Below, in pieces: positions 14,301 through 25,258 of a stretch of 64,000 nucleotides of DNA (positions within the stretch are counted from its first letter, which is position 1; every line of letters starts with the position of its first letter). Origin of the DNA: Macrostomum hystrix (Eukaryota > Animalia > Platyhelminthes); assembly GCA_950097015.1 (NCBI GenBank), contig CATNEN010000038.1, forward strand, positions 9,796,001 through 9,860,000. The letters run 5' to 3'. The notes under the pieces were generated by a model, which worked only from the letters and a program-made list of their open reading frames with translations, made no database searches and was not told the DNA's origin. The position numbers were made by a program, and so were the translations under genes.

Positions 14301-15258
14301 GGCTGTGCAGGGCTTCGCGTAGCTCGGCAATGGAGGCCACGCTGGTGAGGGGGCCGTGCAAGAACTCCATGCAGGCTGAGCGCTGCATGATGTCAGCCCG
14401 GCTGTAGCCGACTAACTCGCAGAATTCGTCGTTGCAGAAGATGACCGGCCGACGCTCCAGGCCAGCGTTAGCGATGCAGAATTTTCGGCCTTCGGAGTAG
14501 GTTTTTTGTTTAAATACTTCAATTTGGCTTTTTTGTTTAAATAATGTCTTTCGAAACAATTCGAACAGCTCGAAAGCGTTTATAGCACGTTTATACCATA
14601 AGCATTAGGTAGCATTCGGCAATTGATAAATCAATTATTAAAAGCCTTTTATTTACAGAATACTTTACTTGAAAATGGATTTAAGTGTTCGATTATTTAA
14701 CATCAAATATCCCCTTTTTATGTTTGAAATAAATATTAAACAGGGTAAAAGTAAAAACTCCTTAACTTTTCTTTAATAAAAAATTTTACTTTCTTAAATA
14801 AAATACTACAATAAAATTCTTAATTAAATACTGTCCTTTTTTAATAATTTAATAATTAGGTTTATTTCAATAAATGTATATTTCATTTCATTTAACCTAT
14901 TATTAATAAAAATGATAATCTAGACAACAAAGAAAATATAGATGCATATTTGGAATCCTAAATCGCTAAAAAATAAAAAACTCTTGATTGTTTCATCAGA
15001 AACAAATAATAGTAGAAAAGCTGTTTCAAAATTTTCCTAATTTTTTTCTAGTATAGCAATCTAAACCTGATTCATAACTTTTAAAGAAAGCTATGAAATA
15101 AATTTCAAGAACATTTCTGGGAAAAATGTGCTACAATTTTAGTCAATTATTAGAATGAACCCGTGTGGCTAGAAGTACTTACTTTGTCCATCGAACTTGC
15201 GAATTAGCGTGTCAAGAAATGTATTCTGAGGCGCAGAGTTTCCACGTCTCACGGGCAT
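1408..15258 (-). CDS. KCNH2: ERG/KCNH2-like (EAG-family) voltage-gated K+ channel, 5' part (PAS cap to S5); continues beyond window start
   Basis: Exons: 15183-15258 ([25 protein letters not shown]), 14259-14489 (SRKFCIANA...FYKKDG, PAS), 14042-14176, ~4772-5008, 4496-4695 (VTEKLTQ), 2873-3067 ([14 protein letters not shown]1), 1718-1951 ([12 protein letters not shown]...HYFKGWF), 1408-1635 ([18 protein letters not shown]4; [13 protein letters not shown]5). Introns are GT-AG with consistent phases. The symbol indicates the family; orthology is not tested. Confidence 0.93.
2050..2845. repeat. ~19-bp C-rich minisatellite (CCCACCCCACTCCTACACA)n
   Basis: Degenerate tandem array. Confidence 0.9.
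3820..4420. repeat. 19-bp (GAAAACAGAACCTTTCACG)n grading into 20-bp (AACAAGAACCCTTCATAGAA)n
   Basis: Tandem copies. Confidence 0.95.
5130..6590. repeat. 18-bp minisatellite (CCTACAATAATCCCCTCA/AAA)n
   Basis: Tandem copies; the same family recurs at 8335-9110. Confidence 0.95.
6595..7650. repeat. 16-bp purine-rich minisatellite (GAGACAGGGGAGAGAT)n
   Basis: Tandem copies with an internal ~300-bp duplication. Confidence 0.95.
8335..9670. repeat. 18-bp (CCTACAATAATCCCCAAA)n array followed by related 17-bp (ATAATCCCTTATCTATT)n
   Basis: Tandem copies at 8335-9110 and 9245-9670. Confidence 0.93.
10676..11012 (-). mobile_element. SINE family 1 copy (tRNA-like head, ~350 bp, (TAT)n tail)
   Basis: Reverse complement of the 33436-33780 and 54204-54533 copies. 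Confidence 0.8.
11436..11700 (+). mobile_element. SINE family 1 copy, internally deleted
   Basis: Shares GGTCCCTGAGCTCGATTCC, GCTTGTCGTGCAATTTA and GTGTGCGTGTGTGCTCAG with the other copies. Confidence 0.7.
11700..11965 (-). mobile_element. SINE family 2 (tRNA head, CACCCAGCTG.TAAATGG.TACC core, CAGTCCATGGACTGAACAGCCGTACGCAG body)
   Basis: A-box GTGGTTAGAGCG and B-box GGTTCGATTCC; matches the copies at 12375, 17741 and 42778. Confidence 0.8.
12375..12560 (+). mobile_element. SINE family 2 copy (5'-truncated)
   Basis: GGGGTTCGATTCC...CACCCAGCTGTTAAATGGGTACC...CCATGGACTGAACAGCCGTACG. Confidence 0.78.
12615..12715. repeat. 18-bp (ACTGTACTCATAGTGCTC)n
   Basis: About 5 copies. Confidence 0.9.
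13800..13962. repeat. 12-bp (AGGTAGATA(G/A)GC)n
   Basis: Degenerate tandem array. Confidence 0.8.
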
Positions 15259-16278
15259 TATTCGTTGCGTAAACCTTAAATGAGCAAAATTACTCTTTAT
15301 AGGTTTGTCTGTTGATCACAGTTCATCACGAAGATGCGAAACATTAAAAGTTAGCAAAAAGTTCATGCTAGTTCATATTAACAAAAAAGTTTTTCTACTG
15401 ATAAATCACAGAAATGAAAGTATCAAAAACATTTAGTTAACAGTTTTTTTATTCTGTGCTACTTTGCTCTCACTGCTACCAGCTTTAAGCTTGTTAGGAT
15501 GCCTAATCGAGAAAATAAGCCGGAAATTAAACCACATTTAGGTTTTATCGTTACAAACAGCGGACTTACGTCAAAAAACGAAGTACGAGTAGCAAGTTCG
15601 ATACCAATGGATATGCGTTTAGCAAGCTTTTTTGTAGCTCTGTAGTTTTTTTGTAGCTTTGTCATTCTGTAGCTACTTTAATTTGTAAGTTGTCACTGTT
15701 TTATATCAACTCAGTTTCCGCTCAGGTATACTCAACTAATATATAATTTATCGATAACTGTCCAAAAGATTTTATTTTCTTTACAAGAAAATCTTCATAC
15801 CGATTCAAGCAAACCTAGACAATTTAATTGGTAGATTTGAGTTACGCTTATTTAACATTAAAACTAACGAATATTGTACAATATTTAATCCTGTCGAGCA
15901 TACAGACAATTGACCACAGTTTTAAATGCTTGATATCTATGTCTCTTATTTAAACTGGTCAGGATTCCTGAATTTTTGCAAGCTTTTAAAAAATTGAATC
16001 TAATACAAAATATGCACGACACAGCACGCTTGATGGCTGCAGTGTCTATATAGCGAATCCTATAATTGGAGACTTTTCCAATCGGACTGCATATGGTGCA
16101 GAAGTGCATCAATTTTATTTTATTAAAAGATGTTTCCGTTTTCTGTTTGTGCATCGAAAATCGAACCGATTATTGAATAGTATCGATCGTTTATAATTAA
16201 TATAGAAGTAATATTTTTTATTAGCTTGTATTTATTACTTGCTTTATATTTCGTAACTGCTCAGTGTGGGCTCTGGAG

Positions 16279-19200
16279 TCAGTTGCCGGCCATATCAGCC
16301 TCATTTGAGGTATTGGACCCAGCGAAGGCGGTGGATCCCTGTTGCCTGCCATTCTGCCTGGCTGCAGAGGGGCCCCCCACATTTTTCACCGCGCTGGAGG
16401 CGCCACCGCTGGCAGCACCTTCGGCAGCGCTGCCGGCGCCGCCAAGACCGGCGTGAATGTCATCCACCTTGTTCGGGCCGTGCTGAATCAGCAGGAGAAT
16501 CTAAAAGTGAAAATATTAAATTTCAGTGGACTGCTAAATCTACTCGGACGAGTAGCTAGGCAAATCACCTTGCTGCCGAACACCAGGAGTAGAGTGGCCG
16601 TAGAACAGATGAGGATGCAAACGGACACCAGAGCGAACTGCAGCGTGTAGGCTGACACTGGCAGCACGAATGACAGGCAGACGGCCAGGGCGCCCATGAT
16701 CATGGTGTTGTAGACACAGATGCCAATCTGCTTGCTGTCGTTCAGCGCCTGGATGTGCACATGGCGGGTCTCCCAGGCGAAGAAGATGCCAAATATAAGG
16801 AGGATTCCTGGTGCAAAATAACGAGTAATTGGTTGGTTGGTTGGTTGGTTGGTTGGTTGGTTGGTTAGTTGGTTGGTTGGTTGGTTGGTTGGTTGGTTGG
16901 TTGGTTGGTTGGTTGGTTGGTTGGTTGGTTGGTTGGTTGTTTGGTTGGTTGGTTGTTTGGTTGGTTGGTTGGTTGGTTGGTTGGTTGGTTGGTTGGTTGG
17001 TTGGTTGGTTGGTTGGTTGTTTGGTTGGTTGGTTGGTTGGTTGGTTTGTTTGTTTGTTTGGTTGGTTGGTTGGTTGGTTTGTTTGTTTGTTTGGTTTGTT
17101 TTAAAGTTTAAAAGTTTGTTTAATTAGTTGTTTGTTTGATTGTTTTTTGTAATTTTTGATTGTTTGCTTGCTTGTTTTTATTTCGTAGGCTGGCTAATTA
17201 ATGCGATAGCCTACTCAGCATATAAATATTATAATTGTACGATATTTTGTCAAAGACGTCCACGAGATAAGCTACTGACTTTAGTGCCTTAATCCGATGT
17301 GACCGTTATGAAATTGGGAATTCGTAAATTCGCCGAAATCTCAAATCTCAGTAAATCTCAGCTGTGAAGCCTCGATGGTACTAAATAATTCTGTTAAACC
17401 TAGTCCCTGTCAACATTGTCAACAAATGCAGCTGCACAACAATCGGTTCTCACACTCGTGAGACAATGGAAGGAACTGCAATTCCATCGGATTAAGGGCG
17501 TTGTCGGAATTTTCCATCGAGAGCTGTAGGTCAGATCTCAGCTGAAGAATGCTGCACCCGAAAAAGATTAGAGATTAGACGCGAGGTAGCACCTGCCTCC
17601 CCAAAGACCCGCCAGAATATCAATCGAAGTGCTTTGAAAATCCGGAATTAGAGCAAGAATGACAAGTCCCATAGGATCAGGTGCCGCTTAGAATCAACAT
17701 TTAGAGATCAGATAAACAACAGGGAAGTTAGCGCCAACTAGCTCTCCAGTGGCCTAGTGGTTAAAGCTTCGGACTTCTCACTGAAAGGTCGGGAGTTCGA
17801 ATCTCAGCCCAGGTAGACAATTTTTGTCCCCAGTCCACGGACTGAAATGCAGCACTCAGTCTTTACGCAACGCCATCAGCTGTACATCTGGCTAAATCGA
17901 TTTCTTAAAGTTGTGAATTTATTTCGCACCGAAAGCTAAGCCAATCCATTCACCTTTAATGCCAATCAGAATTCCATTCCACACGGACGGCATGCCGGAG
18001 CGGCACACGGCAGCTTGGTACTTGAACAGGATTCCCAGACTTGTGTTTTCCTGGAGTGGATTTGGAAATTGCGAATTCGCTTCGCTTGTCAGCATTTGGT
18101 GAGCAACTCAAGCTCAAACCAGCTATTGTGCTCACAATTGACTCAATGTTGAAGAGAGTCAGCTGAAGCGGATCAATCAGAATCCAGGATGCCAGTACGA
18201 CCAGGTCCACCAGAACCAGAGCTGCCACGACAGACATCAGGTGCCAGTCTTTGATGGCCTACAGGGTCAAGGATGGCATTGTGAACAGTTGGAATGCCAA
18301 GCGCTCCAAAAATGTGCGTGATTGCCATATTCACGCAGAACCCCTCGATTATTGAGGGCTTGATGCTTCTACCCATCGATTATTGAGGGCCTGATGCTTC
18401 TACCCATCGATTATTGAGGGCCTGATGCTTCTACCCATCGATTATTGAGGGCCTGATGCTTCTACCCATCGATTATTGAGGGCCTGACGCTTCTACCCAT
18501 CGACTATTGAGGGCCTGATGCTTCAACCCATCAATTATTGAAGTCAATTCTACCCATCGATGCTTCTGCCCATCGATTGTTGAGGGCCTGATGCTTCTAC
18601 CCATTGATTATTCAGGTCCTGATGTCTCTCCCCGACGAAAAGTAATGAGCAGCCGTGCTCACCAGCCGCTTGAGTCGCTTGTTGGTGAAGATGACGTGCA
18701 CCCGCCAGGTCTTGGCGAACATTGCCCCGAAGGCGCACGAGTAGCCGAGGGCCAAGCAGAAGGTCACGGACCAGCACTGCACGATCTGGTAGCGACCCGG
18801 GAGGCTGTCCAGCGACATCAGGACGCAGCTGGCGTAGCCCAGAGTGCAGCCCAGCGCGATCAGCAGGTTCACGTTCGGCGAGCTCAGCTTGATGAGCTTC
18901 AGGTGGCGGAAGCGAAAGTTGACGCTCACCGAGACGACGGCCAGCACGACGCCCGCGGCTGACAGAACTCGGCAGGCCGTGGCGGCCGAAGGGTCAATGC
19001 TCAGGCGCTGCTCAATCACAACCGTGCCATCGATGGGCGGCTTACCACCTGTCAAATGCGACAATGAGATCTCAAGGTGTAGCACACTCCAAAGTGGCTT
19101 GGCCTTACCAAATGACAAGATTTGCATCGAGTCGACACGTAGAAGAGGCTCTCGAAATGTTCCGTGACACGCCGATGCATAGCGAGTGTGTTCTGTTGTC

Positions 19201-22200
19201 TCACGATGAGTTTTCAGTACAGACGTAGTCCTTACATGTGGCCTTTCATGCTATATAATAATAACATTCGCATTATATGCGATAGTGACAGTTGACACGC
19301 ACACGGAAATTGGTTCGCAGGCACTCTTTCAGGTATGAATATGAGCAATCTCATTGTGACTTCAGGGTTGGCTTGTGAGAAGAGAACTTTTTCTCTTTTG
19401 CGATGCCTCTAAACAGTAGGAAGAACTCGGGGTAAATTACTCGAGCATTACTCGAGTAATTAGGGTATTCTGCATCTCCTAAATTACTCAACCAATCGTC
19501 ATGAAACTGCAGGACATTGGCTAAAATCTTCTGCTCTTTACGATAAAACAACTTCCAGAATCACAAAACATCGGTATCGTCTAGATATTCGACGATTCTC
19601 GTCGGGGGTGTCTGGTGGCAAAAGCAACCATTAATGGGATACTTTTTATGCCGACTCGGATGGCTTTAAAAGTTTTTTCATTGAAAAAATCTGAAAGTTT
19701 AGATTCAAAAGGTGGACTTTCACGAAAATCGGTCATTCAGTTTGGGAGCCATCGTGAAGTGGGCAGCGGGTATTTGAAATGCCCAGGTGGTCTTTCCCCA
19801 TGAGGAAAAAGAGCGGCCTTTCCACTGATAAATTATTGTTTACCAATAGTCACCTAGTCGGCAGATAAGTACGAATTCTTATTGCTCGTGAATCTGACGT
19901 TTGAGCAGAGCTATTATCAACGCACCTGAGAATGCCAGGTCTCGTTTCCAAACAGTTCCCCGCGAGCTCGGATCAAAACTGCCAGTCGGTTCGGCCGCGT
20001 TTCCTGAAAGAAGAAATTTAAACCACGTCAACAGATCAGCGAATGAGCCTGATTCGTGGAAGATTTTCGACACGCACCTCGAATCTGGTAGATGATCACC
20101 TGGCCGACACGATCACCGTTCGAATCTAACTTCACGGGACCCTGCGGAGAAGTTGCAGCAAAAACAAGAATTTGTTTGTTTGCTGTCTCACACGCGGCAG
20201 GTTTCGTGTTCTTGCACGCTTCATTGAGCAGCCACGTCCTCTGACAGATTAAGAAAAATCCTCGTTTGCGTGACAAACTTTGCTTCTTTGCTTTGTGCAG
20301 CCTTAGTGTCGCTGCTGCTTTCAGAAAAGTCTGTCCCTTAAAAGTTTTGTCTGCCTTTTTGTCAGCTTTTAAAATTCGTCGCAAAAACAGACGCATAACA
20401 GTATCGTTTTTTTCGGAAAGGTCGAAATTGCAAAATAGGAAGGCTCAAAAAGAACTGAAGGTCTGAAGGGAAGGCCCCGCGGTATTCCTTCACGACCAGC
20501 GGGATGGTCTGATGCCGCCTACCTTAATTTCTCGTAAATTTGTTTTTGCACACGGCCGCAAATAGACCTGACAATGTGGCTACAAAGTAAGGTTAACTGG
20601 GTTCAGTTTATCAAAAGTTGCCTGCACTTATACAGCTTCACCCTCGCAGCAACTCGACTGTATCAAGCTTACTCAGTCGCCGGTAATGACTTCCCTTGAT
20701 TAGGTCTTTCGTTTTGGTTTGAGTAGCTTGTGTTCGAAAACGCTAAGCTGAAGTTAAATAAAAACATAATATGGCTAATTACGTTAATTTCTAGCATCAT
20801 CCATCATCTCCAGGGTCATTCGACCCATTTGTTTCATTAACTAATTGGCCACATCTTATTCTGACACGGGAAGAGATTCCGTTTTGAGCTAACCTAATTT
20901 AATACTCACTCGCAGCTGCCACTCTTCTGAACTAGCAAAAAGGGAGTTGCAATTACCATAGACTATTTTAGTTCAGCCTGCACAACTGAGCTAGTGTCTC
21001 ACTTTGATACGCTTATACCTAGAAAGGGTTTTACCATAGACTATTTTAGTTCAGCCTGCACAACTGAGCTAGTGTCTCACTTTGATACGCTTATACCTAG
21101 AAAGGGTTTTACCATAGACTATTTTAGTTCAGCCTGCACAACTGAGCTAGTGTCTCACTTGGATACGCTTATACCTAGAAAGGGTTTTACCATAGACTAT
21201 TTTAGTTCAGCCTGCACAACTGAGCTAGTGTCTCACTTTGATACGCTTATACCTAGAAAGGGTTTTACCATAGACTATTTTAGTTCAGCCTGCACAACTG
21301 AGCTAGTGTCTCACTTTGATACGCTTATTTAGAAAGGGTTTAACCATAGACAATTACACGCGTAGTTTTTTTGCCGCAGATAATAAAATATCCGTCTTAT
21401 CGCTGCGGACATCTACCACTTACTCCAGTTGCCAACCGGTTGCCATGCCCCTCACCTCAAAGCCTTGAAAATCCTGCCTACGAATATTCGCTAGCAGGCG
21501 CGTCCTGAACTCGCTACTGCCGTTCTCCGCAGCCTGGCGGCCCTGAGTGGCGACGGTGGCATTTATGGCTAGCGCCGCGGTCAGCAGGGTGTCGAAAGTC
21601 CTGGCCAAAGTTGCGTTGGTCACTGACCGGTTCGGATTGGCCGAGCTAAAGGCATTGGCCAAGTCAGACATGGCCTGCGAGGGTGAAGGCAGTTGTCAAG
21701 GTAAACAACTCGTTTTCAATGTAAAAAACGGGGTTTCAATGTAAACAACCGGTTGTCAATGAAAAATCGGGTTGTCAAGGTAAACAACTGGTTGTCAAGG
21801 TACAGAACGGCTGGCCAAGGTAAACTATGGGTTTTAGTCGTAAGCCACAACGGGTTGTCTAACATGTGGAAAGTGTATGAATGAGGTTGAATTGCAAGCA
21901 TGAATGAGATGGCTCACCAGACCCGTGGGGCTCGGAGGCGCTTTGTACCCCGGGTCAGAGAATGCGGCATTGAAGATGACGGCATTCTGGGTGGCGTCGA
22001 TCTGCACTTGCAGGGGGCAGCCTGGGACACTGCGACTCGCCGGTAGATCGTGCCAGCCGTTAAAGATCCACTGGTATTTCGGACCAAAGAGGCCAAATTC
22101 GTGAATCTGTTTGTTTGACGGATGAGCGATTTGACCGAGTCAGATGAGCGAGTCAGAGAGAACGAATTTCTTAGTCAAATCTTGCTGCTAGAAATAGGAC

Positions 22201-24761
22201 TTACCAGACACTGAATAGGTTCGTCCTCCAGGTAGCCATAGCTGAATACCACAATGATTCTAATGTCACTAGTCTGCGAAGCGTGATATTGTGATTTTTC
22301 TATTTTAACTGAAATAAAACTCAGTAGCCGCAGAAATTAAAAAGACTCAGTCTTCTGCAGCCATCAGCATACGTATTAGCCACCTCACTCCTCCGCCACT
22401 AGCCCTTGAGTGTACATATTAGCCACCTCACTCCTCCGCCACTAGCCCTTGAGGTAGATATTAGCCACCTCACTCCTCCGCCTCTAGCCCTTGAGTGTAC
22501 ATATTAGCCACCTCACTCCTCCATCCCTAGCCCTCGGGTGTACGTATCAGCCCACCTCACTCCTGCCTCTGTCCCTTTAGCGTACATATTAAACCCACTC
22601 TTCCTTCAAAATATATCACTATCACTCAATCAGTAATATGTCCCTATAAGCTCATTTACAAAAGTACACAGGAAAGTCAGATTTAAACTGTCATGCCTCA
22701 AATTTGTAGAATCACCTTCATTCTAGCCAGTGCATCTCGGGCTGAAGTCTTGTACAGAGCCTTGTAGGCAACTGTGATGTTATTTTGGCTGAGCGAGAGA
22801 TCGCTTTCAAACTGTACGCCAACCTGAGAATTGGTTTTTGGCCTTGGATTTATTTCTATTAGATTTAAGCGATGCAAATTATCAGTTCAGAAAAAACACC
22901 GACAATCCGTGGCAATGAGAACACAATCACGATTCCAACCTACTGGATAGATCTGGTCCGCTTCCGTTAGCAGAATACCAATTCTCTTCCATTTGTACTT
23001 TAGAAGCACGGCGATAATTGCTGGATTGTACAGGCTGTGAGTCAACTGTAGGCGGCTGAAGGTCGGATAGTTGGACTTGTCGGAAAGCAGAGGCGATGCG
23101 TTCCCGTAGGAGATCTGTAAAGAATGGGATCGGGATCTGGGATCGGGATCTGGGATCGGGATCTGGGATCGGGATCTGGGATCGGGATCTGGGATCGGGA
23201 TCTGGGATCGGGATCTGGGATCGGGATCTGGGATCGGGATCTGGGATCGGGATCTGGGATCGGGATCTGGGATCGGGATCTGGGATCGGGATCTGGGATC
23301 GGGATCTGGGATCGGGATCTGGGATCGGGATCTGGGATCGGGATCTGGGATCGGGATCTGGGATCGGGATCTGGGATCGGGATCTGGGATCGGGATCTGG
23401 GATCGGGATCTGGGATCGGGATCTGGGATCGGGATCTGGGATCGGGATCTGGGATCGGGATCTGGGATCGGGATCTGGGATCGGGATCTGGGATCGGGAT
23501 CTGGGATCGGGATCTGGGATCGGGATCTGGGATCGGGATCTGGGATCGGGATCTGGGATCGGGATCTGGGATCGGGATCTGGGATCGGGATCTGGGATCG
23601 GGATCTGGGATCGGGATCTGGGATCGGGATCTGGGATCGGGATCTGGGATCGGGATCTGGGATCGGGATCTGGGATCGGGATCTGGGATCGGGATCTGGG
23701 ATCGGGATCTGGGATCGGGATCTGGGATCGGGATCTGGGATCGGGATCTGGGATCGGGATCTGGGATCGGGATCTGGGATCGGGATCTGGGATCGGGATC
23801 TGGGATCGGGATCTGGGATCGGGATCTGGGATCGGGATCTGGGATCGGGATCTGGGATCGGGATCTGGGATCGGGATCTGGGATCGGGATCTGGGATCGG
23901 GATCTGGGATCGGGATCTGGGATCGGGATCTGGGATCGGGATCTGGGATCGGGATCTGGGATCGGGATCTGGGATCGGGATCTGGGATCGGGATCTGGGA
24001 TCGGGATCTGGGATCGGGATCTGGGATCGGGATCTGGGATCGGGATCTGGGATCGGGATCTGGGATCGGGATCTGGGATCGGGATCTGGGATCGGGATCT
24101 GGGATCGGGATCTGGGATCGGGATCTGGGATCGGGATCTGGGATCGGGATCTGGGATCGGGATCTGGGATCGGGATCTGGGATCGGGATCTGGGATCGGG
24201 ATCTGGGATCGGGATCTGGGATCGGGATCTGGGATCGGGATCTGGGATCGGGATCTGGGATCGGGATCTGGGATCGGGATCTGGGATCGAGATCTGCATC
24301 ACTTACAACCGGCACATTGTAGAACTTGGCCACGGCAGCCACCACCTGTGATTGCTGTGAGTAGGCAACTCCCAGGATCAACAACTTTGCTGGAGCAGCG
24401 AAGTAGCCTTCGATAAATGCTCTGGTGGCACTTCCGGGATTCTCCTGCAAGGATAGGTTTTTGATGTCTCACTTATCCATCGATAGTTAATGACAGTCGT
24501 GCTCACCGCCTTCCTACTCACCGGAATGGCGCACTCGTAGAAGATCTTCAGTCGCCATTCGGGAAAGAAGTCCGTCAAGCCGTTGATGAGCGGCTCGAAG
24601 GCTGTCAGCATGAGACGGTGCGGCGCCCAGCCCTCCGGACTGCAGCAGATGTTGAGGACGGCGACTTGGACTCTCTTGTCATCAGCAGCGACAGCTTGAG
24701 GCTGCCTGTGAGCTGCTAGCAACAGGATCAGCATCAAAATTTTTCCACGGGAAGTTTTCAT
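16279..24761 (-). CDS. GABA-B-like class C GPCR, paralog A (signal peptide, Venus-flytrap domain, 7TM, short C-tail), 14 exons
   Basis: Exons: 24522-24761, 24307-24444, 22944-23114, 22716-22823, 22205-22273, 21918-22106, 21456-21674, 20078-20141, 19926-20003, 18663-19048, 18136-18258, 17954-18050, 16569-16807, 16279-16500. Motifs: [81 protein letters not shown]. Confidence 0.9.
16829..17100. repeat. (TTGG)n microsatellite
   Basis: Direct tandem copies. Confidence 0.97.
17741..17895 (+). mobile_element. SINE family 2-related copy (tRNA head plus deleted body)
   Basis: TGGCCTAGTGGTTAAAGC...GAGTTCGAATCTC, then CCCAGTCCACGGACTGAA. Confidence 0.65.
18345..18612. repeat. 31-bp minisatellite (GATTATTGAGGGCCTGATGCTTCTACCCATC)n
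   Basis: About 8 copies. Confidence 0.93.
19490..19840. repeat. Unclassified dispersed repeat; parts recur at ~45460-45590 and ~38145-38450
   Basis: ACAACTTCCAGAATC.CAAAACATCGG.ATCGTC.AGATATTC.ACGATTCTCG occurs at 19549 and 45516. GGTGGACTTTCAC...TTTGGGAGC.ATCGTGAAGT.GGCAG occurs at 19711 and 38147. Confidence 0.65.
20953..21352. repeat. 78-bp tandem repeat, 5 copies
   Basis: Near-identical units starting ACCATAGACTATTTTAGTTCAGCC, with no spacers. Confidence 0.95.
22372..22600. repeat. ~43-bp minisatellite (TATTAGCCACCTCACTCCTCCGCC...)n
   Basis: About 5 diverging copies. Confidence 0.85.
23125..24290. repeat. Perfect 13-bp array (GGGATCGGGATCT)n filling GPCR-A intron 2
   Basis: About 90 identical copies between the donor at 24306 and the acceptor at 23115. 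Confidence 0.98.
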
Positions 24762-25258
24762 TGTCCTTCAAGAAGAACTGGAAAGTCTAAGACGGACTAG
24801 GCTGTTAGTTTGATTAGCGTTAATCTGTCTGAGGAAGGAGGATGTCAGATTTATTAATCTAAGTTGAAATAAATTCAACTTGCATCTCAGATTTGCCGGC
24901 TTTACAGCCAATCAGGCCTGCTCGAGAGAAATATTCGTTTGATGAAATTCAATTAGTTTGTCTGAAGAAATTCAGATACAAGCAGTGAGAAATTCAATGC
25001 AAGCCAATTGTAGCTAGATATTTCTCGGCCCAATTCATCGTCTAGCAGAATTGAAAAGCTTATTTAGATACTGGAACATAGAAAAAATGGAGCAGAGGAG
25101 ACAAACGCTTTGAATTCTGAACTGAGAACTAACTGCGTAGGACGTAGGACGAGGCTCTTCTCAAAGATTATTTCGCTGCAGAAATGAAGAACGTAGATAG
25201 ATTAATTGTGATCGGCTGTGTACAGGCACCTCTACTGCACCTATCCAAGTTCCTGCCC

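Noticed and set aside
17741-17815. tRNA gene
   Set aside because: No proper acceptor stem, and it continues into the SINE-2 body; it is a SINE head. The same applies at 42778 and 11900-11965.
22887-24450. 400-500-aa [12 protein letters not shown] / [12 protein letters not shown] ORFs
   Set aside because: These come from the 13-mer array, which is bounded by GT/AG sites that join GPCR exons as in paralog B.
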